From Lingula anatina (lineage: Eukaryota; Animalia; Brachiopoda): a DNA stretch of 64,000 nucleotides. The translations under genes and the position numbers were made by a program. Location: the NCBI GenBank assembly GCA_051362555.1, contig CM120640.1, forward strand, positions 69,790,788 to 69,854,787. The letters run 5' to 3'. Position 1 is the stretch's first letter, and the number at the start of each line of letters is the position of its first letter. A model generated the notes under the pieces. It was not told the DNA's origin. It saw only the letters and a list, made by a program, of their open reading frames with translations, and searched no databases. Positions 27,701 to 37,964 of the stretch are shown in pieces.

Positions 27701-27721
27701 GAGTTGGCCTCTAAGGTCTAG
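6737..27721 (+). CDS. ERBIN/LRRC7: LAP-family scaffold protein (LRR + LAPSD + single PDZ), Erbin/Densin-180(LRRC7)/Lap1 orthologue; 21 coding exons, about 1628 aa
   Basis: Hand-spliced GT-AG model with consistent phases, 4887 nt including stop: 6737-6907, 7920-8037, 9236-9314, 9696-9785, 10333-10453, 10699-10773, 11250-11394, 11680-11752, 12040-12169, 12406-12591, 12926-13025, 13502-13608, 15326-15487, 16193-16342, 16722-16890, 17014-18041, 21982-23161, 23383-23897, 26742-26834, 27285-27359, 27602-27721. N-terminus [37 protein letters not shown] is Erbin-like with a CxC motif; [27 protein letters not shown]; PTPYP motif; [46 protein letters not shown]. Confidence 0.9.
7816..8312. repeat. (GA)n upstream and degenerate (TG)n tract downstream of LAP exon 2
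   Basis: Direct reading: GA run about 7822-7853, TG-rich tract about 8046-8312. Confidence 0.9.
7920..8037 (+). CDS. LAP gene exon 2 (LRR)
   Basis: [39 protein letters not shown]; ag/gt boundaries. Confidence 0.9.
9236..9314 (+). CDS. LAP gene exon 3 (LRR)
   Basis: [27 protein letters not shown]; donor gtaagt. Confidence 0.9.
9696..9785 (+). CDS. LAP gene exon 4 (LRR)
   Basis: [30 protein letters not shown]; the acceptor is duplicated 60 bp upstream. Confidence 0.9.
10333..10453 (+). CDS. LAP gene exon 5 (LRR)
   Basis: [40 protein letters not shown]. Confidence 0.9.
10699..10773 (+). CDS. LAP gene exon 6 (LRR)
   Basis: [25 protein letters not shown]; donor gtaagt. Confidence 0.9.
11250..11394 (+). 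CDS. LAP gene exon 7 (LRR)
   Basis: [48 protein letters not shown]. Confidence 0.9.
11680..11752 (+). CDS. LAP gene exon 8 (LRR)
   Basis: [25 protein letters not shown]. Confidence 0.9.
12040..12169 (+). CDS. LAP gene exon 9 (LRR)
   Basis: [43 protein letters not shown]. Confidence 0.9.
12406..12591 (+). CDS. LAP gene exon 10 (LRR / LAPSDa)
   Basis: [25 protein letters not shown]...[13 protein letters not shown]. Confidence 0.9.
12721..12818. repeat. (TG)n(GA)n microsatellite
   Basis: Direct reading. Confidence 0.95.
12926..13025 (+). CDS. LAP gene exon 11 (LAPSDb)
   Basis: [33 protein letters not shown]. Confidence 0.9.
13073..13240. mobile_element. Short dispersed repeat (MITE-like, caggggc..gga/tccgctcctg ends)
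   Basis: Related copies at about 30943-31110 (inverted) and 38197-38360; a related terminus at about 56209. Confidence 0.55.
13502..13608 (+). CDS. LAP gene exon 12
   Basis: [28 protein letters not shown]..; donor gtgagt (alternative gt 3 nt upstream). Confidence 0.85.
13650..13874. mobile_element. MITE, PIF/Harbinger (Tourist)-like
   Basis: About 60-bp imperfect TIRs ggggccat..aatgagaagagcc.agtgctagctg / cagctagcactcggctcttctcatt..atggcccc; 3-bp TSD tat. Confidence 0.7.
14826..14950. repeat. About 36-bp minisatellite, 3+ copies
   Basis: agataaacattccc..ttctctaac.tgccatatt repeated. Confidence 0.75.
15326..15487 (+). CDS. LAP gene exon 13
   Basis: [20 protein letters not shown]..; PTPYP motif as in Erbin/Densin; donor gtaaga. 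Confidence 0.85.
16193..16342 (+). CDS. LAP gene exon 14
   Basis: Open, GC-elevated 150-nt phase 0/0 exon [10 protein letters not shown]...YMYKFDK with ag/gt ends. Confidence 0.7.
16722..16890 (+). CDS. LAP gene exon 15
   Basis: [18 protein letters not shown]...DSKK; phase 0/1 fits its neighbours. Confidence 0.8.
17014..18041 (+). CDS. LAP gene exon 16 (large low-complexity exon)
   Basis: ORF 16995..18089; acceptor tttttccag, donor cag|gtagta. Confidence 0.85.
18169..18623 (+). mobile_element. Old degenerate HINE-A remnant left of TRIM copy 1 (orthologous remnants start at about 30479 and 55220)
   Basis: tttttatgtgaaggcacaatgtgtctgtacata resembles the family A 5' end; tgtatgtacatttggaagctttgctattttgt is a decayed 3' end. 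Confidence 0.65.
18690..20997 (-). pseudogene. TRIM-NHL E3 ligase copy 1 (RING, 2 B-box, coiled coil, NHL), disrupted or truncated by a CACTA-type insertion; nested antisense in LAP intron 16
   Basis: ORFs 19336..20997 and 18690..19022 are collinear with intact copies 2 and 3. Removing 343 bp (element plus one TSD) restores a 654-aa frame (..AYM|RNGCL..). As it stands it encodes 553 aa lacking the last NHL blades. Confidence 0.85.
19022..19361. mobile_element. Non-autonomous CACTA (CMC/EnSpm)-type transposon inserted in TRIM copy 1
   Basis: About 46-bp TIRs CACTAGTGGGCT.GATTTGGTCTTAAAGTGCAATTTAAGTTCACAA; 3-bp TSD tca (19019-19021 / 19362-19364); empty site in copy 2 (ttgctcatatatgcc). Confidence 0.85.
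21279..21515. repeat. About 120-bp tandem duplication upstream of TRIM copy 1
   Basis: atgtagggagacagtcag at 21281 and 21401; single copy in unit 2 (about 43415-43512). Confidence 0.8.
21718..21916 (+). mobile_element. HINE-A 3'-terminal fragment right of TRIM copy 1 (orthologues end at about 44687 and 61840)
   Basis: tgtgtctgtacatttgacagctttgctgctttgtt preceded by family A internal sequence (cattatgtaatattgcaacaaaat). Confidence 0.7.
21982..23161 (+). CDS. LAP gene exon 17 (large low-complexity exon)
   Basis: ORF 22027..23199 extends upstream to the acceptor at 21981; donor gtgagt. Confidence 0.85.
23383..23897 (+). CDS. LAP gene exon 18 (Pro-rich)
   Basis: ORF 23346..23939; acceptor tcttccag; donor gtgggt (alternative gt 3 nt upstream). 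Confidence 0.8.
23979..26591 (+). mobile_element. HINE-type element family B with about 10 x 146-bp tandem array (LAP intron 18)
   Basis: 5' ttgtaccaccagc..gctggcggtac; 3' gctggtggtacaa + hairpin gaggcg-gtat-cgcctc + ctagtt; array about 24960-26390; empty TT site without TSD in unit 2 (gttaatttttaaacac, about 46740). Confidence 0.8.
26742..26834 (+). CDS. LAP gene exon 19 (PDZ, GLGF loop)
   Basis: [31 protein letters not shown]. Confidence 0.9.
27285..27359 (+). CDS. LAP gene exon 20 (PDZ)
   Basis: [25 protein letters not shown]. Confidence 0.9.
27447..27500. repeat. (ATATT)n microsatellite in intron 20 (also 47591-47656)
   Basis: Direct reading. Confidence 0.9.
27602..27721 (+). CDS. LAP gene exon 21 (PDZ end, stop)
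   Basis: [39 protein letters not shown]-stop (tag 27719-27721). Confidence 0.9.
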   Translation, partial: VNGQNFTQVDHSRAVSILKNSGQTVSLLVERERELASKV

Positions 27722-29342
27722 GCTGCTTATAAACTGTTGATATGGAAATATCTTAAACTTGAAAAAACATAGTCAAATAGCAATAAGAAAAATCTGACAG
27801 TTCTTAAATGTGCTATTCAAAACCGTGATGTTTACCCTGAAAAGTGATGCATTCTATTGGATGTCTTATCAAAGGTTAGAATAACTTATCATACTTAAAT
27901 GGTCATTTTAGGAATTTTTATCTGCAACTCATATGATAAGGAATTCGATTATTTCCTTTTTATATTGTGACTGAGAGTTGATATGTATATTATGTATTGA
28001 AGAAGTATTTCTAGTGCTCTGGTTGATCCATAAAATCAGGACATGTGATACTATTCAACCAATGTCAAAGCAATAATGATCTGATTAAGTGGGCAGTAGT
28101 AGCCTTACTTGTTTTATAAGGGTCCAGACAATATACATAACTCTTAATCATATCCAACAGCACAATTATCCTGGGAATTTTAGGTTCTACATATCATTTA
28201 GGATGCAACCTGTTTATACTATGCAGCTTGGTGTTATGAAGGTCAGATTCATCAATTATAGCATTTATCACTGAATATAGTTTTATTGTTTGTGATGAAA
28301 ACAATAGACAGAAATGTCTTTTTGGCCAGAATCTGTGCACTTAGTAAGTGCTTTCAGTTAATAAATTTTATAACATTGTGTAAGGTATAAAGCACTTTCA
28401 TTGTAGAAACTGTATATTGTTTAGTTGTACCTTTATTATTTCTTTTATTTAAAGGTTTTAGTAGAAATGCTACTTGCCAATCTTTAATCCATGACTTTAG
28501 TTCTTTTATTGATACATGACATTTTCTCTTAAAGACTTGTTTATTTTATTTATGAAAATAGATGTACGATTTATAGCATTGTATTTATTGTATCTGCAGT
28601 TTAACTGTACTTAAGTATTATGTATATGTAAACTTTATTTATACATTCTTTTCGGGACATTTTAATGTATTTTTGCTGAGAAATGTCTGTTTTCCATATT
28701 TATAATTTTATTCCAAATTAATGACACAAACTGTCAATTGTCATAACATTTGTTGCTCTTTTACTTTTTAAAGAGGCAGGATTTCCAGAAAGAATTTATT
28801 ATGGTAAATAAGAAATTGTACAACTTACTTTGAACAAAAGGATGTCATTTAAGTGATCTCTTTTGTATATTTTTAAATTAAATACAAACATCTTGTGAAA
28901 ATATAGGTTTCATTTCTATAATTCCATATATACATTTATATGTATGTGCAAAGTGCTATTTATTTATTTGAAGTCTAGATAAGCTGGTATCCCCTTACTG
29001 AATGCACCAAATACTTCTTTAATAGAACATCTGTTATAGATCTGATAGAACCTGACATAAAGAATTGGTTGTGGATTTTATAATAGCTAGCTTATGAAGA
29101 TCTTATCACGGCATGGAGCAATGCCAATATGTATGTTGTAAATGTATTATTATATGATGGTATACGTCTATTCAAAGGTGCATTTTTAAAAGTATCTTAA
29201 TTATCAGTGTGGCGCTTTAAACCAAAATAAGTGCTATGATTAAAATTGTAAATAGCTGTATAGTTCACAAACACTAGGAATAGCATTAACCAGAGTGAAT
29301 TGCAAAGTGTGATTAAATTATGCACCACAGGAAAATTCCCCA

Positions 29343-29348
29343 AATAAA
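29343..29348 (+). promoter_or_regulatory. Candidate polyadenylation signal of the LAP gene (about 1.6 kb 3'UTR)
   Basis: AATAAA followed by a T/GT-rich tract; also present in unit 2 near 53314. Confidence 0.4.
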
Positions 29349-29881
29349 AATATATTTTGATATTGTGTTATTTCATCATTTGTTACAAATGGCCACCATC
29401 AGTCAGCATAAAATGTTTGTAATTTGTTAACAAACCCTGAGATGTTAAAGGTACCCATTATAATATTTCCCCACGAAAGACACGTACTACAAATTTTTCC
29501 TGAGGTTAACCGTATTTTTCATGACTAGTCATCCTTTATCCCCATTTCCTGATTCTCACCATAACTCGTACTGTTACGTAATAACAAATTGGGTGAAATA
29601 TAAATACTTAAAAAAAGACTAAGATATATGTAAATATGGTCACTTTATTGTAATTCTTGTATTGTGGGTCACTGACAAATCCAAAGCTCTAATTAGACTC
29701 AAGAAGTGAAAAGAAGCAAGTAAAAAGTGATTAACATGTTAATGTAGTTTAAAAAAGCATTTTAATATAAGAAACCTAATTTTATGTAATACCTCTCAAG
29801 ATGGGCACATAAAATATTTTATCTCACTTATCAATTTTAAAAGCATACAAACGAAAAACTCAATATAGACAGGTGACACTA

Positions 29882-30369
29882 CTGGAGATCATCTCAGAGT
29901 CTGGCTCCAACAGTTTTAGTTACAAACCCCAAGTCCCAGTGAAGTCCGATGCTCCCGTCCTGGCTGACAAGTACGCCCGCTACAAACAGCAAGTGAAGAA
30001 TGTGATCTTATACCGGCTGGAGTTCAGCTCAGATACTGGGTATCTGTACCAGAAGCAGAAGACGCGCTATGATGGCAGGAGAGGACACTAGGAGCACCAA
30101 GGACTACGACTCTGATACAGGCTACAGGAGTGACTATGCCCTGTACAGACCCAAGTTCCACCAGCAACAACAACCCAGACCTTTGATAGTGGGCAGCTTT
30201 GCCAGTGACTGGGAAATGAGAGCCAAAATTCAACAGAGTGCCACACAGGAAGGCTACACCAGTGACTCAGCGGGTTTACTACAGAGAGGAAAACTAGATT
30301 ATGACCACCCCCTGGGTCGCCCAGGGCAGCTGAAGTACCCCGCCCTAAGCCTACCAGAGAACATGCACA
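29882..30369 (+). pseudogene. LAP exon 16 remnant, unit 2
   Basis: +1 frameshift near 30085 (agaggcact to agaggacact); about 450 bp deleted including the splice donor. Confidence 0.88.
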
Positions 30370-33293
30370 GCAGCATGGATGTCATGCACAGCAGCATGGA
30401 TGTCAAGTTGTTATAAGAATGACAACATACCTAATGTGTAAAAATCAAGACTCCAAAGATTACTATTGGAAAGCATTTTTATGTACAGGCACAGTGTGTC
30501 TGAACATACAGTTATCACCTGTGTCTGTTGTCAGCATCAGCGTCTCCTTGCACTCTTCACCATAAAGGAAATAATGGAAATTGACTTATCTTCAACCTTA
30601 GTGGAGTGATTTATGGCACTAATTTTAAAGTATAGGTCTGGTATGAAAAGAAGTTTTTTTTTTTTTTTTGCATTATTTTTCTTGAAGTTATTGTTCTGAC
30701 CGTTGAATATTGTCCTCAGACAGCTTACCATACAACACAACACGTCTCGTTGAAATGTAATAGTGGTAAACTTTAATAAGAAACAAGGCAGCAAAGCTGT
30801 CAAATGTACAGACAAAAAACAGAAAATAAAGATGCAAAATAGGTCTTTTGTCAATTTTGATGCAATAATAAATAATGCTTATAATAACACAGTCAGTTAA
30901 CACTGATTTTTAATCATGCACAACAGGTAACATGGTCAATAACAGGAGCAGATCCAGAGATATTTTCTGACAGTATTCCAAAGTATCTTTATTGATCCAT
31001 CCTCCACTTTTGATGGTCTTCCAACAGAAAAAAATTGATACCAGTCAATGTAAACTTTAAAATCTGACCGTCATCTGAAAGACCCAGAAGACGGCCTCAA
31101 TCCACCCCTGCAATAAGATTACAGTTTCTGGACCATGAGAGTTCAAATTCACATAATGAAATTTGAAAAATGTTGACAGTGCATAAAATAATATTACATA
31201 TTGTTTAAAAACATAAAAACCTATGCAACTGCTTATGTGGAAATACAGAAAATCTGAAGAGCTTCAGGTGGATGGGAGTTGAAAATGCCAGTGTTTAGAA
31301 AAAAATTAAAAAGAAAACACAACAAAAAAAATTCCAATAAAGCTGCTATTCAAACTTTTAATCTTGCTGTATTAACATGATATGAATAATCCCAATGTGT
31401 TTGAGGATAATAAGACACTGTTATTCATCTATAGCATTAATGTTGGCATTACACAAATTTTTTTCTTCTGTAAACTTATTTGCAATATTAAACAACATTT
31501 ACCTGCATAATTATCAGCAATTCCTAATTATGTGACACAGTTAAGAGAGCTTAACCTATAGGACTTGAATGGGAAATCTCAATGTGTGTTTAATGTAATC
31601 TTATTTAATGGGCACTTGAAAATTAATTAGGCAAGTAATTTTATAGCTCTGAATATAGCTAGTGATTATCCCAAGGGACAATTACCACCATCCATAAACA
31701 GTAGCCCCATATAGCACTCTATATAGAGCTGCATTGCTTCCAAAACAGAAAACAATCACACTGATTTCCAACACAAGCTACACTTCAGTCCTATGAAACT
31801 TTTCTAGTAAGTTAGAATATCATAAGTAAAATGATTTTTCCTTAATGGTCATCCCAGCAGCAATGTCCAAAAAAGGGTTTTTTCATCTTTTATGCAATTT
31901 AACATAATGCATAACAGCACAATGGCCATCAATTTTTAATAATTAAGTAAATGTATCATAGCTATTCAAAAGATGTGACAAGCAATGGTATTCAAGCCAA
32001 TGGAAGTTCAAAGACTAAGTCACACCTTGAAAATGTCCATATGTGAAAATTTTAATTGTAACAAAAAACTATATAATTTCCAAGAAAGTTAACCGATATA
32101 ACAGGTTTTCCAACTGAAGCTATAATTTAGTGCTATGCTACATTTCTGTAAGTTTGAGAAGAGTAAGAGTACTCTTTGAGAAGAGTAAGTGACTTAAATG
32201 GTCACTATGGAGGCATTGTCTAAAATGGGGTTGTCTTCAATTTTGATGCAATATTACATAATGCTTAACAGCATAATGACCATCAAATTTTAATAATAAA
32301 ATAAAAGTATCAAGGATATTCAGAAAATTTGATATGGAAAGGTCGTCAGGGCCATGGAAGTTCAAAGTCACAACTTCAAAATGCCAAAATGTACGCAAGA
32401 AATAACTGTACTGAAATGAATTTCTTTCCACATTCAACACTTTTTTATGTACAGACACAGATGTGTCTGTACATATAGCCGTCACCTGCGTCTGTCGTCG
32501 CCGTTGCCGTTGCCGTGCACTTTTACCGTAAACATGATAAGTGGAAAACGGTTTTACGTTTTGACTTGAAACTTACAGAACTGATGAATATTCAAAATAT
32601 TCAGGTCAAGTTTGAAAATCAGCATGATCGGACCATTTTTAGGGAAGTTATGCTGTTTTTTCACTTTTTTCAGCATATATGCAACACCGTAAACACGATA
32701 AGTGGAAAACGGTTTTACGTTTTGACTTGAAACTTACAGAACTGATGAATATTCATAATATTCAGGTCAAGTTCGAAAATCAGCATGATCGGGCCATTTT
32801 TAGGGAAGTTATGCTGTTTTTTCACTTTTTTCAGCATATATGCAACACCGTAAACACGATAAGTGGAAAACCGTTTTACCTTTTGGTTTGAAACTTACAG
32901 AACTGATGAATTTGTATAAAACGCAGGTCAAGTTCGAAAATCAGCATGATTGGGTCATTTTTAGGGAAGTTATGCTTTTTTTTTCACATTTTCTCTGATT
33001 CAATTCTTAGGCATGTTAATAGTCTCATTATTGAACTAATAAGATATGTAAAAGTGTTTTTTTGACATTTCCTGCATCTTTACAACATTGTTAGTTGATT
33101 ATGTAAAAATGATGGTAAACTTGTTATCGTGTATTGTGTAATGAAGTGTCAAAAATGGAAATAAACCCATTTCAGAAAAGTGCTGTCTTGTTTACATTTT
33201 GGCATTTTCAAGATGTGACTTTGAAGTTCCATGGGCCTGAAGACCTTTGCTAGTCACATTTTCTGAATATCCATGATACTAATATTTTATTAT

Positions 33294-35967
33294 TACAAGG
33301 CAGCAAAGCTGTCAAATGTACAGACAAAAACAGGAAATAACTATGCACAAAATAGGCTACTGTCAATTCTGATGCAAAAATACATTATATTAAACTGCAA
33401 ATTCAACATCAAATTTTAATTATCCTCAACAGGTAATACCGATGTAATTAAAATATGTGACAAGTTTACACTTTGAAAATGTATAACTTCCAGAAAAAGA
33501 AGTTCCTTAGACTGCTTTTCCAACTCAGACTGCATTTTAGTCCTGTATTTCTTTTTTGAAAGTTTGGCAATCATAAGTAATATGGTTTTCCCATAATGGT
33601 CATCATGGCAGCAGCACCCAAAATTGTGTTTTCTTCTATTCTGATGCAATATTACATAATGGTTAACAGCATAATAACTCAATTTTAATAATAAAATATA
33701 CGTATCATGGATTTTCAGAAAATGTGACTAGCATGGGTCTTCAAGCCCGTGGAACTTCAAAGTCACACCTTGAAAATGCCAATATGTGAAAAATTAAATT
33801 TTCACAAAATAACTGTTTAACTGTCAGCAAGAATTACCAAACAGACTGTATTTCATACTGAAGCTGTATTTTAGTCCCATGTTTCTTTCCTGTAAGTTTG
33901 AGAACAGTAAATGACATGGTTTTTCTTAAATGGTCATCATGGGAGCAGTGCCCAAAATAGTTTTTTTTTTCAAATTTTGATGCAATATTACATAATGTTT
34001 AACAGCATAATGACCATCAACTTTAATAATAAAATATTAGTATTATGGATATTCAGAAAATGTGACTAGCAAAGGTCTTCAGGCCCATGGAACTTCAAAG
34101 TCACAACTTGAAAATGCCAAAATGTAAACGAGACAGCACTGTTCTGAAATGTTTTTTTTTTCCATTTTTAACAATTTTTAACATAAAACAAAATTATCAG
34201 TTTTCTGCCGTTTTTATATGATAAACTAAGAAAATTGATGAGATGGGAAAAATATCAACAGAGCAGTGTTAAATGTCCAATCTCTTCCATTCTGAGATTC
34301 TGAACATAGTGAATGATTGAATCTGACAAACTGCAATGATATGAGTTTATTTCCATTTTTGAAACTTTATTACACAATACACGATAACAAGTTTACCATC
34401 ATTTTTACATAATCAACTAATAATGTTGTAAAATTGCAGGAAATGCCAAACAAACACTTTTACCTATCTTATTAGTTCAATAATGAAACTGTTTACATGC
34501 CTAAGAATTAAATCTGAGGAAATGTGAAAAAACTGCATTTCTTTAAAATAATGGCCCGATTATGCTGATTTTTTAACTCAACCTGCGTTTTAGCAGGAAT
34601 GACAACTCCTGTGAGTTTAATGACAATTGGCCTATCTGTTTTTCTTATATTGTGTTTACAGTGTTGCATATATGCTGAAAAGTGAAAAAAAAAGCATAAC
34701 TACTAAAATAGTGGCTCGATCATGCCGATTTTCGAACTTGACCTGCATTTTATGAATATTCATCAGCTCTGTAAATATACAGCCAAAAAGTAAAACTGCC
34801 TTCCACTTATCGTGTTTACAATGAAAGTGCATGGCGCCGGCGACAGCGACAGTGACGGCAACGACGGCGACGACAGATGCAGGTGATGGCAATATGTACA
34901 GACACATCTGTACATATTAACTGTACTGTTTGAGAACAGTAAGTGACATGGTTTTTCTTATATGGTCATCATGGGAGCAGTGCCCAAAATAGGTTTTTTT
35001 CAAATTTTGATGCAATATTACATAATGTTTAACAGCATAATGATCATCAATTTTTAATAATAAAATATTAGTATCATGGACAAATAGTAAACGTGACTAA
35101 CAAAGGTTTTTAGGCCGATGGAACTTCAAAGTCACACCTTCAAAATGCCAAAATGTAAACAAGACTGCACTGTTCTGAAATGGGTTTATTTCCATTTTTA
35201 ACACTTTTTTAACATAAAACAAAATTAATAGGTTACTGCCATTTTTATAAGATCAACTAAGAAAATTGATGAGATGTGAAAAATATCAATAGAACAGTGT
35301 TAAATGTCCAATTTCTTCCATTCTGAGATTCTGAACATAGTGAATGATTGAATCTGACAAACTGCAATGATATGAGTTTATTTCCATTTTTGACACTTTA
35401 TTACACAATACACGATAACAAGTTTACCATCATTTTTACATAATCAACTAACAATGTTGTAAAGATGCAGGAAATGTCAAACAAACACTTTTACGTATCT
35501 TATTACTTAAATAATAAGGCTATTAACATGCCTAAGAATTAAATCTGAGGAAATCTGAGGAAATGTGAAAAACAGCATAACTTCTAAAATAATGCCCCGA
35601 TTATGCTGATTTTTGAACTTGACCTGCGTTTTAGTAAGATTGATTATTCCTGTGAGTGTCATGACAACAGGCCTAACGGTTTTCCTTAAAATGTGTTTAC
35701 AAGGTTGCATATATGCTGAAAAGTGAAAAAACAGCATAACTTCTACAATAATGGCCCGATCATGCTGATTTTCGAACTTGACCTGCGTTTTATGAATATT
35801 CATCAGCTCTGTAAATATAAAGCCAAAAAGTAAAACTGCCTTCCACTTATCGTGTTTACAAGGAAAGTGCACGGCGACGGCATCGGCATCGCCATCGGCA
35901 TCGGCGACGGCGACGACAGACGCAGGTGATGGCAATATGTACAGACACATCTGTGTCTGTACATAAA
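33294..35967 (-). mobile_element. HINE-A, inner copies (head-to-tail pair 33294-34916 and about 34920-35967)
   Basis: One 3' end at 33294 and two 5' ends (about 34893-34915 and 35937-35967); very similar to the reverse complement of 3681-5647. Confidence 0.75.
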
Positions 35968-37641
35968 AAACTGATGGTCATTATGCTGTTAAACATTATG
36001 TAATATTGCATCAAAATTTGAAGAAACCCCTTTTTTGGGCACTGCTCCCATGATGACCATTTAAGGAAAATCATGTCACTTACTGTTCTCAAACTTACAG
36101 GAAAGAAACATGGGACTAAAATACAGCTTCAGTAGGCAATGCAGTCTGTTTGGTAATTTTTTCTGGCAGTTAAACAGTTTTTTGTGAAAATTTAATTTTT
36201 CACATATTGGCATTTTCAAGGTGTGACTTTGAAGTTCTATGATCCTGAAGACCTTTGCTTGTCACATTTTCTGAATGTCCATGTTACTAATATTCTATTA
36301 TTAAAAATTGATGGTCATTATGCTGTTAAACATTATGTAATGTTACATTAAAATTTGAAGAAACCCCTATTTTGGGCACTGCTCCCATGATGAGCACTTA
36401 AGGAAAATCATGTCACTTACTGTTCTCAAACTTACAGGAAAGAAACATGGGACTAAAATACAGCTTCAGTAGGAAATGTAGTCTGTTTGATAAATTTTTC
36501 TGACAGTTAAACAGTTTTTTTGTGAAAATTTCATTTTTCACATATTGGCATTTTCAAGGTGTGACTTAGAACCTCCACGGGCTTGAAGACCCATGCTAGT
36601 CACATTTTCTTAAAATACATGATGTGTATGTATTATTATTCAAAATTGATGGTCATTATGCTGTTAAGCATTATGTTATGTTGCATCAAAATAGAAGAAA
36701 ACACAATTTTTGGTGCTGCTGCCATGATGACCATTATGGGAAAACCGTGTTACTTATGACTGTCAAACTTTCAAAAAAGAAACACAGGACTAAAATGCAG
36801 CCCGAGTTGGAAAAGCAGTCTAATTGGCTTCTTTTTCTGGAAGTTATACATTTTAGTGAAAAATTCATTATTATCGTGTTGGCATATTCATTGTGGGACT
36901 CGGAGCTCCCATGGACATGAAGCCGAATAGTAATCAAATTTTCTAAATGCCCATGCTATTTATAGTCAATAATCAAAAATTGGTGATAATTATTATATAA
37001 TTTATTATGTAATGTTACATCAAAATTGACAAAAATCTTTTTGCACTGCTACTGCAAACATTATGAAAAGAAAACTGTGTTACTTAGTATTATTTTTAAC
37101 TTACAAGTATGATTTTTAGGATTGGCATGCAGTTCAAATTAGAAAGCCAGCTCAATTGGATTATCTTTTATCATTGTATTCATGCAATTTTGTGTGAAAT
37201 TTTCATTTTTCTCATTCTGGCACTTTCAAAGTATAAACTTGAACTCTGATGGGCCTGAAGCCTTATGCTTTTACTTTCGTTGGTGTTACCTGTTGTGCAT
37301 AATTAAAATTTGATGTTGACTGTGCAGTTAAACATAATGTATTATTGCATCAGAATTGGTAGTCTCCTATTTTGTGCATTATTGTTATGTGCTTTTCTTA
37401 AGATGTGACTTATGGGCCTGAAAGATCTTTGAGAGGGTCAGTCTGTAAATTTCCCTTGGGTATCACTTAGCTAAGTTCAGAGTTATAAAGTCATTAATAG
37501 GCCATTAAATGAGATTACATAAAGCACACTTGTTGATATTTCCCTGTAAACTCCCAAAGGTTAAGCTCTCTGCTAGATTAATAATAAGTAAGCAGTGATA
37601 ATTATGCAGGTAAATTTTGTTTAATATTGCAAATAAGTTTT

Positions 37642-37644
<3 letters not shown>

Positions 37645-37696
<52 letters not shown>
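37645..37696. repeat. (TA)n microsatellite
   Basis: Direct reading. Confidence 0.95.
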
Positions 37697-37699
<3 letters not shown>

Positions 37700-37741
37700 A
37701 AAAAGATTAAAAGTTTGAATGGCAGCATCATTGGAATTACA

Positions 37742-37964
37742 TTTACCTTTGCTAAGGAGGTTATGTTTACACCCCTGTTTGTCTGTCATCAACATAACTC
37801 AAAAAGTTACGGACCTATTTTGATGAAATTTTCAGGAACTGTCAGAAGTGGGCAAGGAGGACAATGATTAGTTTTTGGTGGTGGTCCCAATCAATAATCA
37901 ATCAATAATAATCAACAATTGCTGTCTTGGCAGAGGTCTGCGCTCTTGGAGTGCTTTTCTAGTT
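37742..37964 (+). mobile_element. Short HINE-type element family C
   Basis: ttacctttgctaaggaggttatgttt...ttggcagaggtctgcgctc..gagtgc..ctagtt; absent from the homologous inverted segment at about 31320-31345. Confidence 0.65.

Noticed and set aside
6737-27721. Identification as Scribble
   Set aside because: Only one PDZ, at the extreme C-terminus, and Erbin/Densin-type N-terminus and PTPYP motif; Scribble has four PDZ domains
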